From positions 1-64,000 of the forward strand of contig JBEKTZ010000010.1 of NCBI GenBank assembly GCA_049515535.1: 64,000 bases of DNA, given 5' to 3'. The position numbers and the translations under genes were made by a program. The stretch comes from Candidatus Aminicenantales bacterium (GTDB lineage Bacteria; Acidobacteriota; Aminicenantia; Aminicenantales; UBA4085). Below the pieces are notes generated by a model, which saw only the letters and a program-made list of their open reading frames with translations, was not told the origin of the DNA and searched no databases. Positions 8,066-18,700 of the stretch are shown one piece after another. Numbering within the stretch: position 1 is the first letter of the stretch; each line of letters opens with the position of its first letter.

Positions 8066-10933
8066 TTGACCGCGCCCAAAGAAATCCTCCGCCTCGTCGC
8101 CCAGTTCGAACAGAATCTCGATTCCTATAAATCCGGCCGCTATAACGAAGCCCAGCTTCGCCAAGAGTTTCTCGACCCCTTCTTCAAAGCGCTCGGCTGG
8201 GACATGGATAACACCCAGGGCCATGCCGAAGCCTATAAAGACGTCATCCATGAGGACGCCATCCGCATCGGCGGCGCGGTCAAAGCGCCCGATTATTGCT
8301 TTCGCATCGGAGGAACGCGCAAGTTTTTCCTCGAAGCGAAAAAACCGAGCGTCGACATCGGCGAAGAGGTATCGGCGGCCTATCAGCTTCGCCGCTATGC
8401 CTGGAGCGCCAAGCTCCCGCTCAGCATCCTGAGCGATTTCCGGGAATTAGCCGTCTACGATTGCCGGATCAAGCCGAATAAGACTGAATCGGCGGCGACG
8501 GCGCGGATTTTCTATTGCCGCTTTCAAGACTATCTCGAGAAATGGGACTGGATTTCGTCCATCTTTTCCAAAGACGCCGTCTTAAAAGGATCCTTCGACA
8601 AGTTCGCCGAAACAAGCAAAGCGAAGCGCGGCACGGCCGAAGTGGACGATGATATTTTAGCGACCATCGAAAGTTGGCGGAACGAGCTGGCCCGAAATAT
8701 CGCCATGCGCAATTCCCGCCTCAGCCAGCGCGAGCTCAACTTCGCCGTCCAGCGCATCATCGACCGGATCATCTTCCTCCGGATCTGCGAAGATCGGGGG
8801 ATTGAGCTCTACGGCAGGCTTCTCAGCCTTACGAACGGACCGGGCATCTATCGCCGGCTTGGCGAGGTTTTCCAGGACGCCGACGCCAAATTCAACTCCG
8901 GGCTATTTTATTTCAGCGCTGAAAAAGGCCGCCATGAGCCTCCCGACGAGATCACGCTCGATCTCGACGTGGACGACAAGATTCTCCGCGATTTGCTCCA
9001 CGGACTCTACTATCCCGATAGCCCTTATGAATTCACCGTTCTCTCAGCCGATATCCTCGGCCAGGTCTATGAGCAATTTCTCGGAAAGGTGATTCGGCTC
9101 ACGGAGGGCCATCACGCCGTCGTCGAGGACAAGCCTGAAGTCAAGAAAGCGGGCGGCGTCTATTACACGCCCGCGTACATCGTGGATTACATCGTCCGTC
9201 AGACGGTCGGAAAGCTCAGTGAAGGAAAAACACCGAAACAGATCGCGAATCTCCGCGTGCTCGATCCCGCCTGCGGTTCCGGATCGTTCCTCATCAATGC
9301 TTATCAATTCCTGCTCGACTGGCACCGCGATTGGTACGTGGCCAATAAGCCCGAACAATGGGCAAAGGGCCGCGCTCAGGCTCTTGTTGAGACGACAAAA
9401 GGCTGGAAACTGACCATCGCCGCCCGAAAGCGGATTCTGCTGGACAATATCTACGGCGTGGACATCGACCCCCAGGCCGTCGAAGTCACCAAGCTCTCGC
9501 TCTTGCTCAAAGTGCTTGAAGGAGAGAGCGAACAGACCATTCAGCCTTATTTACGCCTCTTCCACGAGCGAGCCCTTCCGGATTTAGGGAATAATATCAA
9601 ATGCGGGAATTCGCTCATCGGTCCGGATTTTTATCAGCAGAAAGAGCTGCCGTTTTTGACGGACGACGAGCGCCTCCGCATCAACGTCTTCGATTGGGAC
9701 GCCGAATTCCCCAATATCATGAAAGCCGGCGGCTTCGACGCCGTCATAGGAAATCCACCGTATGGGATGGTCGCTGAAATAAATATTAAACGCTATTATG
9801 AAAACGTTTTCAACACCACTGAAGGGCGTTTTGATAATTATGAAATTTTCATAGAAAAAGGAATCTGTTTATGCAAGAAACATGGTTTGTTAGGATTGAT
9901 TGTTCCCAGTCCATTGCTAAGTAATTTATATACAAGAAAGCTACGTAAGTGGATCTTAGAAAATTGCTTAATCAACGAAATTGCAAATATTGGTTTTAAT
10001 GTATTCGCTGACCCGACTATTCATACTTGTATAATTGTCTTATCGCCAGGTACTTCAACCAAACAAATCGTACGAATCAAAAAACAAGTTTTAACAATAA
10101 AACAACTTAATGAAGATTACGATTACCGATTGAATCAAAATCGGCTAGGAAAAAATCAAAATTATACTTTTGATATTTTTATTGATCCCAAGGTAAGCAG
10201 CTTATTAAATAAATTGAAATGTAACTCTAAAGAATTAGGCAATATATACTTTATTCGGCAATGCATTAAAACAGGGAACGACAAAGACTACGTCCGATCA
10301 TCCGATATCATTCTTGGCATTCCATGGAAGCCATCTTTACGAGGAAAATCAATCAACCGATACGAGACCATCGATAAAAATCTCTATATAAAATATGGTC
10401 CATGGCTAGCAAGGAACTGGAAAAACATTTCTTTCTATGAAACACATAAAATTGCGATTCGCGAAACTGGCCGCAGAATTATTGCCACTCTGGATTTAGA
10501 AAACCGCTATTTCCTCAGCTCACTTTATGCAATATATCCAAAATCCAAAGATGAACGACATTCATTGAAATATATTTTAGGAATTCTAAATTCTACAGTT
10601 TCTACCTATTTTCTAAAAAAAATAGCATTAGACCTAACTTGTGGAGCTTTTACAAAAATTCGGACAAATCAGCTTGCACGCTTTCCAATCCGATTAATCA
10701 ATTTTACTGATCATTCTGATATAAATATGCATGATTTCCTGGTGAAACAGGTAGATCAAATTTTAGGTCTTAATAAACGAATAGTCCAAGCCAAAACTCC
10801 TCACGAAAAAGAATCCCTCCAACGCCAGATCGCTGAGACCGACAAACAGATCGATCAGCTCGTCTATGAACTCTATGGCTTAACCGAGGACGAAATCAAA
10901 ATCGTCGAAGAGGCTTATCAGACTATTGTCTAG
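8066..10933 (+). CDS. Type IIG-like restriction-modification fusion (nuclease, N6-adenine MTase, TRD)
   Basis: PDY...LEAKK nuclease motif, GVYYTP, VLDPACGSGSFL, IGNPPY, TaqI-like C-terminal region. Confidence 0.9.
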   Translation: MTAPKEILRLVAQFEQNLDSYKSGRYNEAQLRQEFLDPFFKALGWDMDNTQGHAEAYKDVIHEDAIRIGGAVKAPDYCFRIGGTRKFFLEAKKPSVDIGEEVSAAYQLRRYAWSAKLPLSILSDFRELAVYDCRIKPNKTESAATARIFYCRFQDYLEKWDWISSIFSKDAVLKGSFDKFAETSKAKRGTAEVDDDILATIESWRNELARNIAMRNSRLSQRELNFAVQRIIDRIIFLRICEDRGIELYGRLLSLTNGPGIYRRLGEVFQDADAKFNSGLFYFSAEKGRHEPPDEITLDLDVDDKILRDLLHGLYYPDSPYEFTVLSADILGQVYEQFLGKVIRLTEGHHAVVEDKPEVKKAGGVYYTPAYIVDYIVRQTVGKLSEGKTPKQIANLRVLDPACGSGSFLINAYQFLLDWHRDWYVANKPEQWAKGRAQALVETTKGWKLTIAARKRILLDNIYGVDIDPQAVEVTKLSLLLKVLEGESEQTIQPYLRLFHERALPDLGNNIKCGNSLIGPDFYQQKELPFLTDDERLRINVFDWDAEFPNIMKAGGFDAVIGNPPYGMVAEINIKRYYENVFNTTEGRFDNYEIFIEKGICLCKKHGLLGLIVPSPLLSNLYTRKLRKWILENCLINEIANIGFNVFADPTIHTCIIVLSPGTSTKQIVRIKKQVLTIKQLNEDYDYRLNQNRLGKNQNYTFDIFIDPKVSSLLNKLKCNSKELGNIYFIRQCIKTGNDKDYVRSSDIILGIPWKPSLRGKSINRYETIDKNLYIKYGPWLARNWKNISFYETHKIAIRETGRRIIATLDLENRYFLSSLYAIYPKSKDERHSLKYILGILNSTVSTYFLKKIALDLTCGAFTKIRTNQLARFPIRLINFTDHSDINMHDFLVKQVDQILGLNKRIVQAKTPHEKESLQRQIAETDKQIDQLVYELYGLTEDEIKIVEEAYQTIV

Positions 10934-10964
10934 TCTTCTATACTAGACAATTATACACCTTTTA

Positions 10965-10992
10965 TTGACTTTCATAGAAGACAATATATAAT
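10965..10992 (+). promoter_or_regulatory. Putative sigma70 promoter, leaderless-type
   Basis: TTGACT-16 nt-TATAAT, 7 nt before ATG 11000, no SD. Confidence 0.55.
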
Positions 10993-10999
10993 AATCAGC

Positions 11000-12304
11000 A
11001 TGGAAGGCAAAAAAGCGGTTTTTAAACTTCTCATCAAGGAATTTCATGAATTCGATTTTCCCGAAGTCTTGAAGAGAGATCTTCAACTTCCCGCCGCGGA
11101 CGCGATTCCCTCTCGTAAGGTCGTTACCATCACGGGACCTCGAAGGACCGGAAAAACGTACCTTTTTTATCAGATCATTCAAGGTCTGGAAAAAACGATC
11201 GGCCGCCAGAGGATTCTTCTGGTCAATTTTGAGGACGACCGGATCATGCCTCTCTCGTTGAAAGATATGGATGATCTTTTAGAGGCTTACTTCGAACTGT
11301 ATCCCGGCAATAAAGAACATCAAATATTTCTCTTTTTCGATGAAATTCAAAACGTCGCCGGATGGGAAACATACGTCCGCCGAATTCTGGATAAGGAGAA
11401 TGTCCGGATATACATCACGGGATCATCGGCGAAGCTCTTGGCCCGGGAGCTGTCCACGGCGATGCGCGGCCGAACGATTTCTTATGCCCTCCATCCGCTG
11501 AGTTTCCGGGAATATCTGAGATTTCGCGGCCTGGAGCCGGAATCCGATATCGAATATGCCAAGGAGCGCTTTCTCGTCAAAAAACTCCTGATGGAATATC
11601 TCGTCATGGGAGGATTTCCCGAAATCGCCCGAGCCGGAGAGAACATCAGGGAAAAAATCCTCCAGGAATATTTGGATCTTTTGATCTATCGAGATCTCGT
11701 CGAGCGTTTCGGCATTCGCAATATCGCTTTTTTACGAATGCTCATGAAATACCTGATCACGAACGTCTCGAATGTGTTTTCCGTCCACAACTATTATCAG
11801 ACGATCCGGAAAGAGACGCCCATTTCGAGGGATACCCTTATGGAATACGTGGGACATCTTGAAGAAATCGGGCTCCTCTCTCTCCTCCCGGTCTTTTCTC
11901 ATTCCCTGAAAATCCAGCAAGTCAACCCGCGGAAAATCCAGGTTATGGATAACGGATTGAGAAACGCGGTCGCCTTCCGCTTTTCGCCGGATGAGGGCCG
12001 CCTCGCTGAAAACCTCGTTTTCTGCGACCTCCAACGGGATGGAGCGGAGTGTTTCTATTGGAAAGGGAAAAGAGAGGTCGATTTCGTCGTTCGCCGTCCT
12101 AAAGGCCTCGAAGGAATCAACGTGACCTTCGGCGAAGAAATCACGAAGAGAGAAAAAGAAGCGCTCGAAGAATTCAAAAAGACCTGCGGAGAACGAATTT
12201 CAGGATTGACGATCATCACCAAAGATATCGATAAGACGGAAAGTGGAATTCGATTCGTGCCTTTATGGAAATGGCTGCTGGAAAAGCATGAATTGATGCC
12301 GTGA
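11000..12304 (+). CDS. AAA+ ATPase (AAA_14 with DUF4143-type C-terminus)
   Basis: Walker A GPRRTGKT, Walker B FFDEIQ, ITGSS, GGFPE, EVDFV. Confidence 0.88.
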   Translation: MEGKKAVFKLLIKEFHEFDFPEVLKRDLQLPAADAIPSRKVVTITGPRRTGKTYLFYQIIQGLEKTIGRQRILLVNFEDDRIMPLSLKDMDDLLEAYFELYPGNKEHQIFLFFDEIQNVAGWETYVRRILDKENVRIYITGSSAKLLARELSTAMRGRTISYALHPLSFREYLRFRGLEPESDIEYAKERFLVKKLLMEYLVMGGFPEIARAGENIREKILQEYLDLLIYRDLVERFGIRNIAFLRMLMKYLITNVSNVFSVHNYYQTIRKETPISRDTLMEYVGHLEEIGLLSLLPVFSHSLKIQQVNPRKIQVMDNGLRNAVAFRFSPDEGRLAENLVFCDLQRDGAECFYWKGKREVDFVVRRPKGLEGINVTFGEEITKREKEALEEFKKTCGERISGLTIITKDIDKTESGIRFVPLWKWLLEKHELMP

Positions 12305-12354
12305 CTCTCGGCAAGCTCCGGCTTCGTGATAGACAGATGTGGCAAACTTCGGGA

Positions 12355-12990
12355 TTAAGGCGCACCAAAGGTTCGAACGCTCTCTATGAAAAAGCGTTTC
12401 GTAACGGTCCAGGAAAAATCGACAAGCATTTCCGGCTCGGGTTCTTTGTCGGCATCTTCGAAATAGACGAGGCTTTTAAGGACATGATGACGGTTGAAAC
12501 CGTCCGGACCGAACTTCCGTTCAAAATACCCAAAAAACGCTTTCAGGTCGACCCCAAGGTTCTTGAGGATGAAAAAGAGGTCCACGAAGTCGCGTTTGGT
12601 CCCTCGCGAGGAGATCGCATCGATTTTCATGCAGCCAATGTCCACGAGCGAGGCCACGCGCACACCCAGGTCATCGACCGTCTCTTCGATCAGAGGATAG
12701 GCATAATGGAACAGGCTGATTTTCGTTCCGTTGAATCTCCCGACCAGAGTGTTCGAGTTTCCCAGGATAAGGGTCCAGTAATGGGAGCTCTTTCGGGAGA
12801 TGTTTCTGCTCTTTCGGAGGGCCTTTTTGATGTCGCTCCGGGTGTAGTTCGAAAAAAGCCAACTCACGGCCTTTTCATCTCCCAGCTCCAAGGCTCGTTC
12901 GATGATATATTGTTTGTTTTCTTGAAGATCGAGGCGGGTAACGTCGGTATCCCAGAACAGCTCCCGAGGGATATCTTCTTCCTTCCTCAT
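12355..12990 (-). pseudogene. Apparent fusion of a DUF6922-like small protein to the C-terminal half of an AbiEii-type nucleotidyltransferase
   Basis: N-terminus LFWD...YIIERALELG...YW; C-terminus DIGCMKIDAISSRGTKRDFVDL; no GG(T/S)A or DxD catalytic N-half. Confidence 0.55.
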
Positions 12991-13475
12991 GAGTAATATT
13001 ATATCACAGTTCGAGAATTGCGATTTCCTTTTTCGTGTCGTACGGAACCCCGCCTCTCAAAATAACTTGCTCAAGAACTTTTTTAGAATATTTAGGGGCA
13101 GCCCAAGGTAATTTATTCAATATTCACAAGATCGTCCATCTTAAGCCTCCTTTTTCTTTCTTAGAAACCCATTTTTTCGTGCAATATTGCGGTAATAAGG
13201 TCTCCTCTTCTCGCGGAGAATCCAAATCCCCGTTTTCTGAAGACCGCGAGAATAGCGTGTATTAGCTCTGGGCATGAAATGTCTCTCTGCTTAGCGAGAC
13301 GTTTTCATCAATCGTTATTAATGGATAAGCCGTTATCCTTTAATAAGAACTGCGATAACTAAAATTTCTTTAATAAAAAAAGGCTTTCCGGCTTGAAATA
13401 CCTCTTGATAGATGTTACAATTAGTCGGCACATGTTGATAAATGTCAATATTAAGCAACGTTAGGGCGATGGACC

Positions 13476-14072
13476 ATGACTCAAGAAGATAAAATCCTGG
13501 AGCTCCTGAAAGTTAGCGCGTTTCTTCGCTCCCGCGACCTGAAGAAGTATGGCCTGTCAAGGACGGCGCTGAGCCGGCTTTTTCGGAAAGGACGGGTCGT
13601 CCGAACCGAGCGCGGTCTCTACATGAAACCGGGAGAGGTAGAGACTGAACATTTCAGCCTCCTGGAAGTGACAAAAAAAGTCCCCGGCGGAGTGATTTGT
13701 CTTCTGTCCGCCCTCTCCTTTCATAGGATCGGGACTCAGAATCCTCATCAGGTCTGGATCGCGATCGACAGGAAATCTGCAAAACCTAGAATCAGAAACA
13801 CGGGGATGAGAATTGTCTGGTTTTCGGAAGCGTCTCTTCATTATGGCGTGGAGCAACATAACATCCTGGGAATTGCCCTCAAAGTAACCGGCCCGGCCAA
13901 AACGGTGGCCGATTGTTTCAAATACAGGAATAAAATTGGACTGGACGTGGCTATCGAAGCGCTAAGGGAAGGCCTGCGCGGCCGGCGATTCACGGCGGAT
14001 GACCTCTACCGCGCTGCCCTTGTTTGCCGGATCTGGAACGTCATCAGGCCGTATGCCGAGGCTATGGTGTGA
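13476..14072 (+). CDS. abiEi: AbiEi-type type IV toxin-antitoxin antitoxin
   Basis: N-terminal wHTH (RGLY), GVICLLSALSFH, KTVADCFKYRNKIGLDVAIEAL. Confidence 0.88.
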   Translation: MTQEDKILELLKVSAFLRSRDLKKYGLSRTALSRLFRKGRVVRTERGLYMKPGEVETEHFSLLEVTKKVPGGVICLLSALSFHRIGTQNPHQVWIAIDRKSAKPRIRNTGMRIVWFSEASLHYGVEQHNILGIALKVTGPAKTVADCFKYRNKIGLDVAIEALREGLRGRRFTADDLYRAALVCRIWNVIRPYAEAMV

Positions 14073-15010
14073 AACACGAAATTACTGATCTTGCCGCCTC
14101 CGTCAATCAACGCCTGCTTAATCTGAGGGATTTGCGGAAAGAGGATTTTCAAATCATTCTAAATCGTTTTGGACTGGAGCGATTTCTTTTCAGAATATCA
14201 AGAAGTTCGTTCATCGATCAGTTGATACTTAAGGGAGCATTTTCTTTCGAGCTCTGGGGAAAAGATCTCTATAGGCCGACCCGTGATGCGGATTTTCTCT
14301 GCTTTTTTGAACCGTCCGTTGAAGAAATTCGACGCGTTTTTGCCCTGATATGTCAGCAAGATGTCGAACCCGACGGGCTCGTTTTCGATCCTGAATCCGT
14401 ATCGGTATCGGTCATACGAGAGCCGAATATGTTCAGAGGCTTCCGCGTCCGTTTGACGGCCTACCTGCAGCGAATTCGGATTCACTTGCAATTCGACGTG
14501 TGTGCCGGGGAACGGATAAAACTGAAGCCCGGAGTAGCTGAATTCCCAACGATTCTGCCTTTCCCTGCCCCACGTATCTTGGTTTATCCGAAGGAGTTTA
14601 CGATCGCGGATAAATTCCACGCCATGTGCAAATTGGGGATGCTGAACAGCCGGGTCAAAGACTATTATGATATTTTTCAGCTTTCCCGCCATTTTCCTTT
14701 CATGGGGATAGCGCTGAAAAGAGGGATTAGCGTGATATTCGTACAGGAAAGAGCCATTATTCCGTCCGGAATCCCAGACGCCTTGACCGACACCTTCGGT
14801 CAAATATCTGAGAAACGGACCATTTGGAAACGATTCCTGGTCAGGATCGAAAAAGAGTCCCTAGATTTAGCTTTCGATCAAGTGATTGAATCCATAAGAG
14901 AATTCATCCTTCCGCCGGCTAAATCTGCCGCGGAAAAGAAACGGTTTGATCTCTATTGGCCACCCGGAGGGCCGTGGAGGAATAAAAGTGGAAGCGATGG
15001 AAATCTCTGA
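14069..15010 (+). CDS. abiEii: AbiEii-type nucleotidyltransferase toxin
   Basis: LKGA, RPTRDAD, NSRVKDYYD motifs; GTGA overlap with the antitoxin stop. Confidence 0.88.
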   Translation: MKHEITDLAASVNQRLLNLRDLRKEDFQIILNRFGLERFLFRISRSSFIDQLILKGAFSFELWGKDLYRPTRDADFLCFFEPSVEEIRRVFALICQQDVEPDGLVFDPESVSVSVIREPNMFRGFRVRLTAYLQRIRIHLQFDVCAGERIKLKPGVAEFPTILPFPAPRILVYPKEFTIADKFHAMCKLGMLNSRVKDYYDIFQLSRHFPFMGIALKRGISVIFVQERAIIPSGIPDALTDTFGQISEKRTIWKRFLVRIEKESLDLAFDQVIESIREFILPPAKSAAEKKRFDLYWPPGGPWRNKSGSDGNL

Positions 15011-15170
15011 GCGAAGTTTCGAAAAGACGATCGAGCGTGGGCTACTCCGCCTCTAAGACGAAGAGAGCCTCGCTGGAGAACTTTTTTCGCTTTTTTTCGT
15101 TTATAATAATGAAGGACGTGCTGTATACCTCCCTCTTTCCAGGGGGAAGAACGTCGTTTGGAGGTCCATT

Positions 15171-15704
15171 ATGAGCGCATCGGAAGGAAAAGTTTTGGGA
15201 ATCATCATCCTCATTTTTCTCATTTTCATCCTCGCCTTTCCCGTAAGGCTGCTCTTTTTCGCGCCTTCGGCTTCTCTCTCGGGGATCTTTCACCATTGGC
15301 CGCGGCCTTTCGATCACATCAGTTTCGACCATTGGGGCGTCGTCGGCATCGCCGGACTTTCGCTCATCGGGTTCGCCTTGTTGGCCCTTTGGATCGCCGT
15401 CCTCGTCTGGGTTTATCGCGACGCGGAGAAACGCGGCATGAGCGGCGTTCTCTGGGCCTTGATCGTGTTCATCGGCCATCTCGTCGGACTCCTGATTTAT
15501 CTGATCGTCCGCTCAAGCCATCCGCTCGTGACGTCCGATATTCACGACTCGACGCCCAACTGCCCAAAGTGCGGCAAGATCGTGGGAGCGAATCACATGT
15601 TTTGCCCGTATTGCGGCGAGCGAATGAAGGAGATCTGCCCGAAATGCGCCAAACCCATGGGTAAAGGTTGGAGCGTCTGCCCGCACTGCGGCGAGAAATT
15701 ATAG
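15171..15704 (+). CDS. Membrane protein with C-terminal double zinc ribbon
   Basis: TM helices, WVYRDAEKRGM, four CPxC motifs; RBS GGAGG. Confidence 0.8.
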   Translation: MSASEGKVLGIIILIFLIFILAFPVRLLFFAPSASLSGIFHHWPRPFDHISFDHWGVVGIAGLSLIGFALLALWIAVLVWVYRDAEKRGMSGVLWALIVFIGHLVGLLIYLIVRSSHPLVTSDIHDSTPNCPKCGKIVGANHMFCPYCGERMKEICPKCAKPMGKGWSVCPHCGEKL

Positions 15705-15735
15705 CCCGGATGTCGCGCCCGCCCCGGACGCGCTT

Positions 15736-18700
15736 TTATGAGAGAGTTCTAAGGTTGGCCTCGATCAGATCGATCTGGGCCTTCAGGTCCCTCAGTTTCT
15801 GTTTTTCTTTATCGACGACCTCGGCGGGAGCGCGACTGACGAAGCCTTCGTTGCCGAGCTTGGCCTCCGCCCTATGAATGTCTTCCAGTAATTTCTTGCG
15901 CTTTCCCTCCATGCGCTCCCGTTCTTTGACGGGATCGACCACCCCCGCCAGATAGACTTCCATATCGCCGATGACCTGGCCGACGGCCGTCGCCGGGCGC
16001 ACGACGGCAGCGCCGATTTCGAGCGATTGGAGGACGCCGAGATGCGCGACGAGATCCCGCATGCGACGCAGGATGTCCGCGGACCGGCCGTCGGTCTTGA
16101 TCAGCCCGTCGACTTTTTTTCCGGGAGGGATATTGTGGATCGCCCGGATTTCGCGGATTCCCCGGATGACATTTTGAACGGCCGCGAATTCCGCTTCGAT
16201 GTCCTCGTCTTCCCATTCGGGCCGGGGCACGGGCCAGGCCGCTGAGATCAATAGCTCCGACGGCGGAATCGGTCGTTCGATGCCGCGCGCCGGGCATTGG
16301 GCGTTGAGTCTCTCCCAGAGCGCTTCGGTGATGAACGGCACGAAGGGGTGGAACAGGCGCAAGACCTGATCGAGAGCGAAGGCCAGGACCGACCGGGCGG
16401 CCGGCGCCGAGGTCTCGTTCTTGAGCCGCGGTTTGATGATCTCCAGGTACCAGTCGCAGAGCTCGCTCCAGAAGAATTCCCGGGCCGCGCCGATAGCCGC
16501 CGACGGATTATAAGCCCGGAGCTCTTCCGTGACCCGGGCGATGACTTTTGATAGCCGCGAGAGGATCCAAGCATCCTCAGCCGCTACCTGGGCAGACCCA
16601 GGCAACCGCGAGAGGATCCAGGCATCCTCGGCGGCCGCCTTGGCTGGCGCGACCGGGATAAACGCATGCTCTCCCAGATTCAGGAGCGCGAACCGGGCCG
16701 CGTTCCAGAGTTTCGTGCAGAACGCGCGGCCCACTTCAAAACGATCGCTGATGATCTTGGCCATGGGGATGTCGGGCATGGTCCCGAGGACATCGAATTC
16801 CTTGCCGGTTTTGGGGCAGAGATACGTGAAAACGCTGCGGCCGTGCTTGGCCGTCGCCAAATCGACGACCTCCCCCGTAAAGGGAGAAACGGCCTGCACG
16901 GGCAGCCGGATATCCTGAGTGCCGGTCTGCATATCGCAGATGACGTAGCGCATCGCGTCGGCGCCGTACTTGTCGATGATGTCCTGGGGGTCGATACCGT
17001 TGCCCTTGCTCTTGCTCATCCGCTCACCCTTGCCGTCCTGGATATTGGCGTGGATGAAGCAGTCGGTGAAGGGCACGTCGCCCAGAAGGTACAGCCCCAT
17101 GAGCTGCATGCGGGCCACCCACAAAGTGATGATGTCGCGCGCCGTGACGAGGCACGAGCCGGGATAGTAATAGCTCAGGCAATCTTCGCGGCCGTCGGCG
17201 ACGCCGAGCGGACGCTGGCCGGGATCGAGCTTGGCCGTCGCGGGATCGGGCCAGCCGAGCGTGCTGAACGGCCAGAGGGCGGAGCTGAACCAGGTGTCGA
17301 GGACGTCGGGATCCTGTTTAAACCCGGCCGCGTCGAGCCTGGCCGCGTATTCGTCCTCGGCCGCCGCGTCCCGCAGCGAGACGAGGATATCGTATCGGCT
17401 TCGCGGATCGAGGGCCCGCATTTGATCCGTCCGATAGAGCCGGCCGTCGCCGTCGGCGATCCAGAGACAAAGCTCGGCGTCGGGAGCTTTGGGGACGGAA
17501 GCGACGGCCGCGGCCAGATCCGCGCCGGTGAAACCGGCCTGCCAAATGGGGATGCGGTGGCCCCACCAGAGCTGGCGGCTGATGCACCAGTCCCTTTTCT
17601 CGGCCAGCCAATTCGAGTAGGTTCCGCCGTAGCGTTCGTGATCGGGATGAAACGTCAAGCGCCGGCCGGTCGGCGATTCGAAGCGGCCGCCCGCCGCGTC
17701 GATGGCGACCTGGGCCAGCCCGGACGCGTGGAATTCCTTGTTCGTCCCGGCCCCGCAGACAATGCCTCCCTCGATATCGCCCATCCGGACAAACCATTGT
17801 TTGGAGATATAGGGCTCGATCGGCGTCTTGGACCGGTCGGAATGGCCGATTTCGATCTCGCGGTCCTCGATGTCGGCGATCAGGCCGCGCGCTTTGAGAT
17901 CGGCGACGACCCGCTTCCGCGCTTCGAAGCGGTCGAGGCCGGCATAAGGCCCGGCATTGGCGTTGAGCGTGCCGTCCGGGTTGAGAATATTGACGATCCC
18001 GATCTTGTCCTTGTGACGGCCCCAGACCTCGTAGTCGTTGGGATCGTGGCCGGGCGTGATCTTGACGCACCCGGAGCCGAGCGAGGGATCGGCCCACGCG
18101 TCCAGGATGATCGGAATCGCGCGATCGAGAAGAGGAAGACGGGCTTTTCTCCCCTGCTCGGCCATCGCCTTGAGCTTCAAGAGATGGGCGAGCTGAGTCG
18201 CTTTCCGTTCTTCGACGCGCTCCAATGTCGTCTCCATCTCGGCCCGCTCTTTTTTCGACGCGCTCCCCGTGCGTTCCCTCAGGTCCCGCGCCTGCTTGTC
18301 GAGCTCGCCGGCCGGATCGGGATGACAGGCGACGGCCGTGTCGCCGAGCATGGTTTCTGGGCGCGTCGTGGCCACGATCAGGAATTCCGGCTCCCCCGGC
18401 TTCGGATCGACGATCGGATATTTGATGTGCCAGAAATGCCCTTGGATCTTCTCATAGACGATTTCGTCGTCGGAGACGGCTGTTTGGAGCTGGCAATCCC
18501 AATTGACCATGCGATTGCCGCGGAAAATCAGGCCGTCGCGAAAAAGGCGGAAGAACGCTTCGCGCACGGCCCGGGCGCAGATGGCGTCCATGGTGAAGCG
18601 CTGGCGCTGCCAATCGCAGGAGCAACCCATGCTCTGCTGCTGCCGGATGATGCGCTCCCGGTATTCGTCCTTCCAGGCCTGGATCTTCGCCACAAGGCCG

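Noticed and set aside
13000..13160. Strong RBS and ATG on the minus strand (MDDLVNIE-stop)
   Set aside because: Only 8 codons; may be a decayed gene, but no family is recognisable
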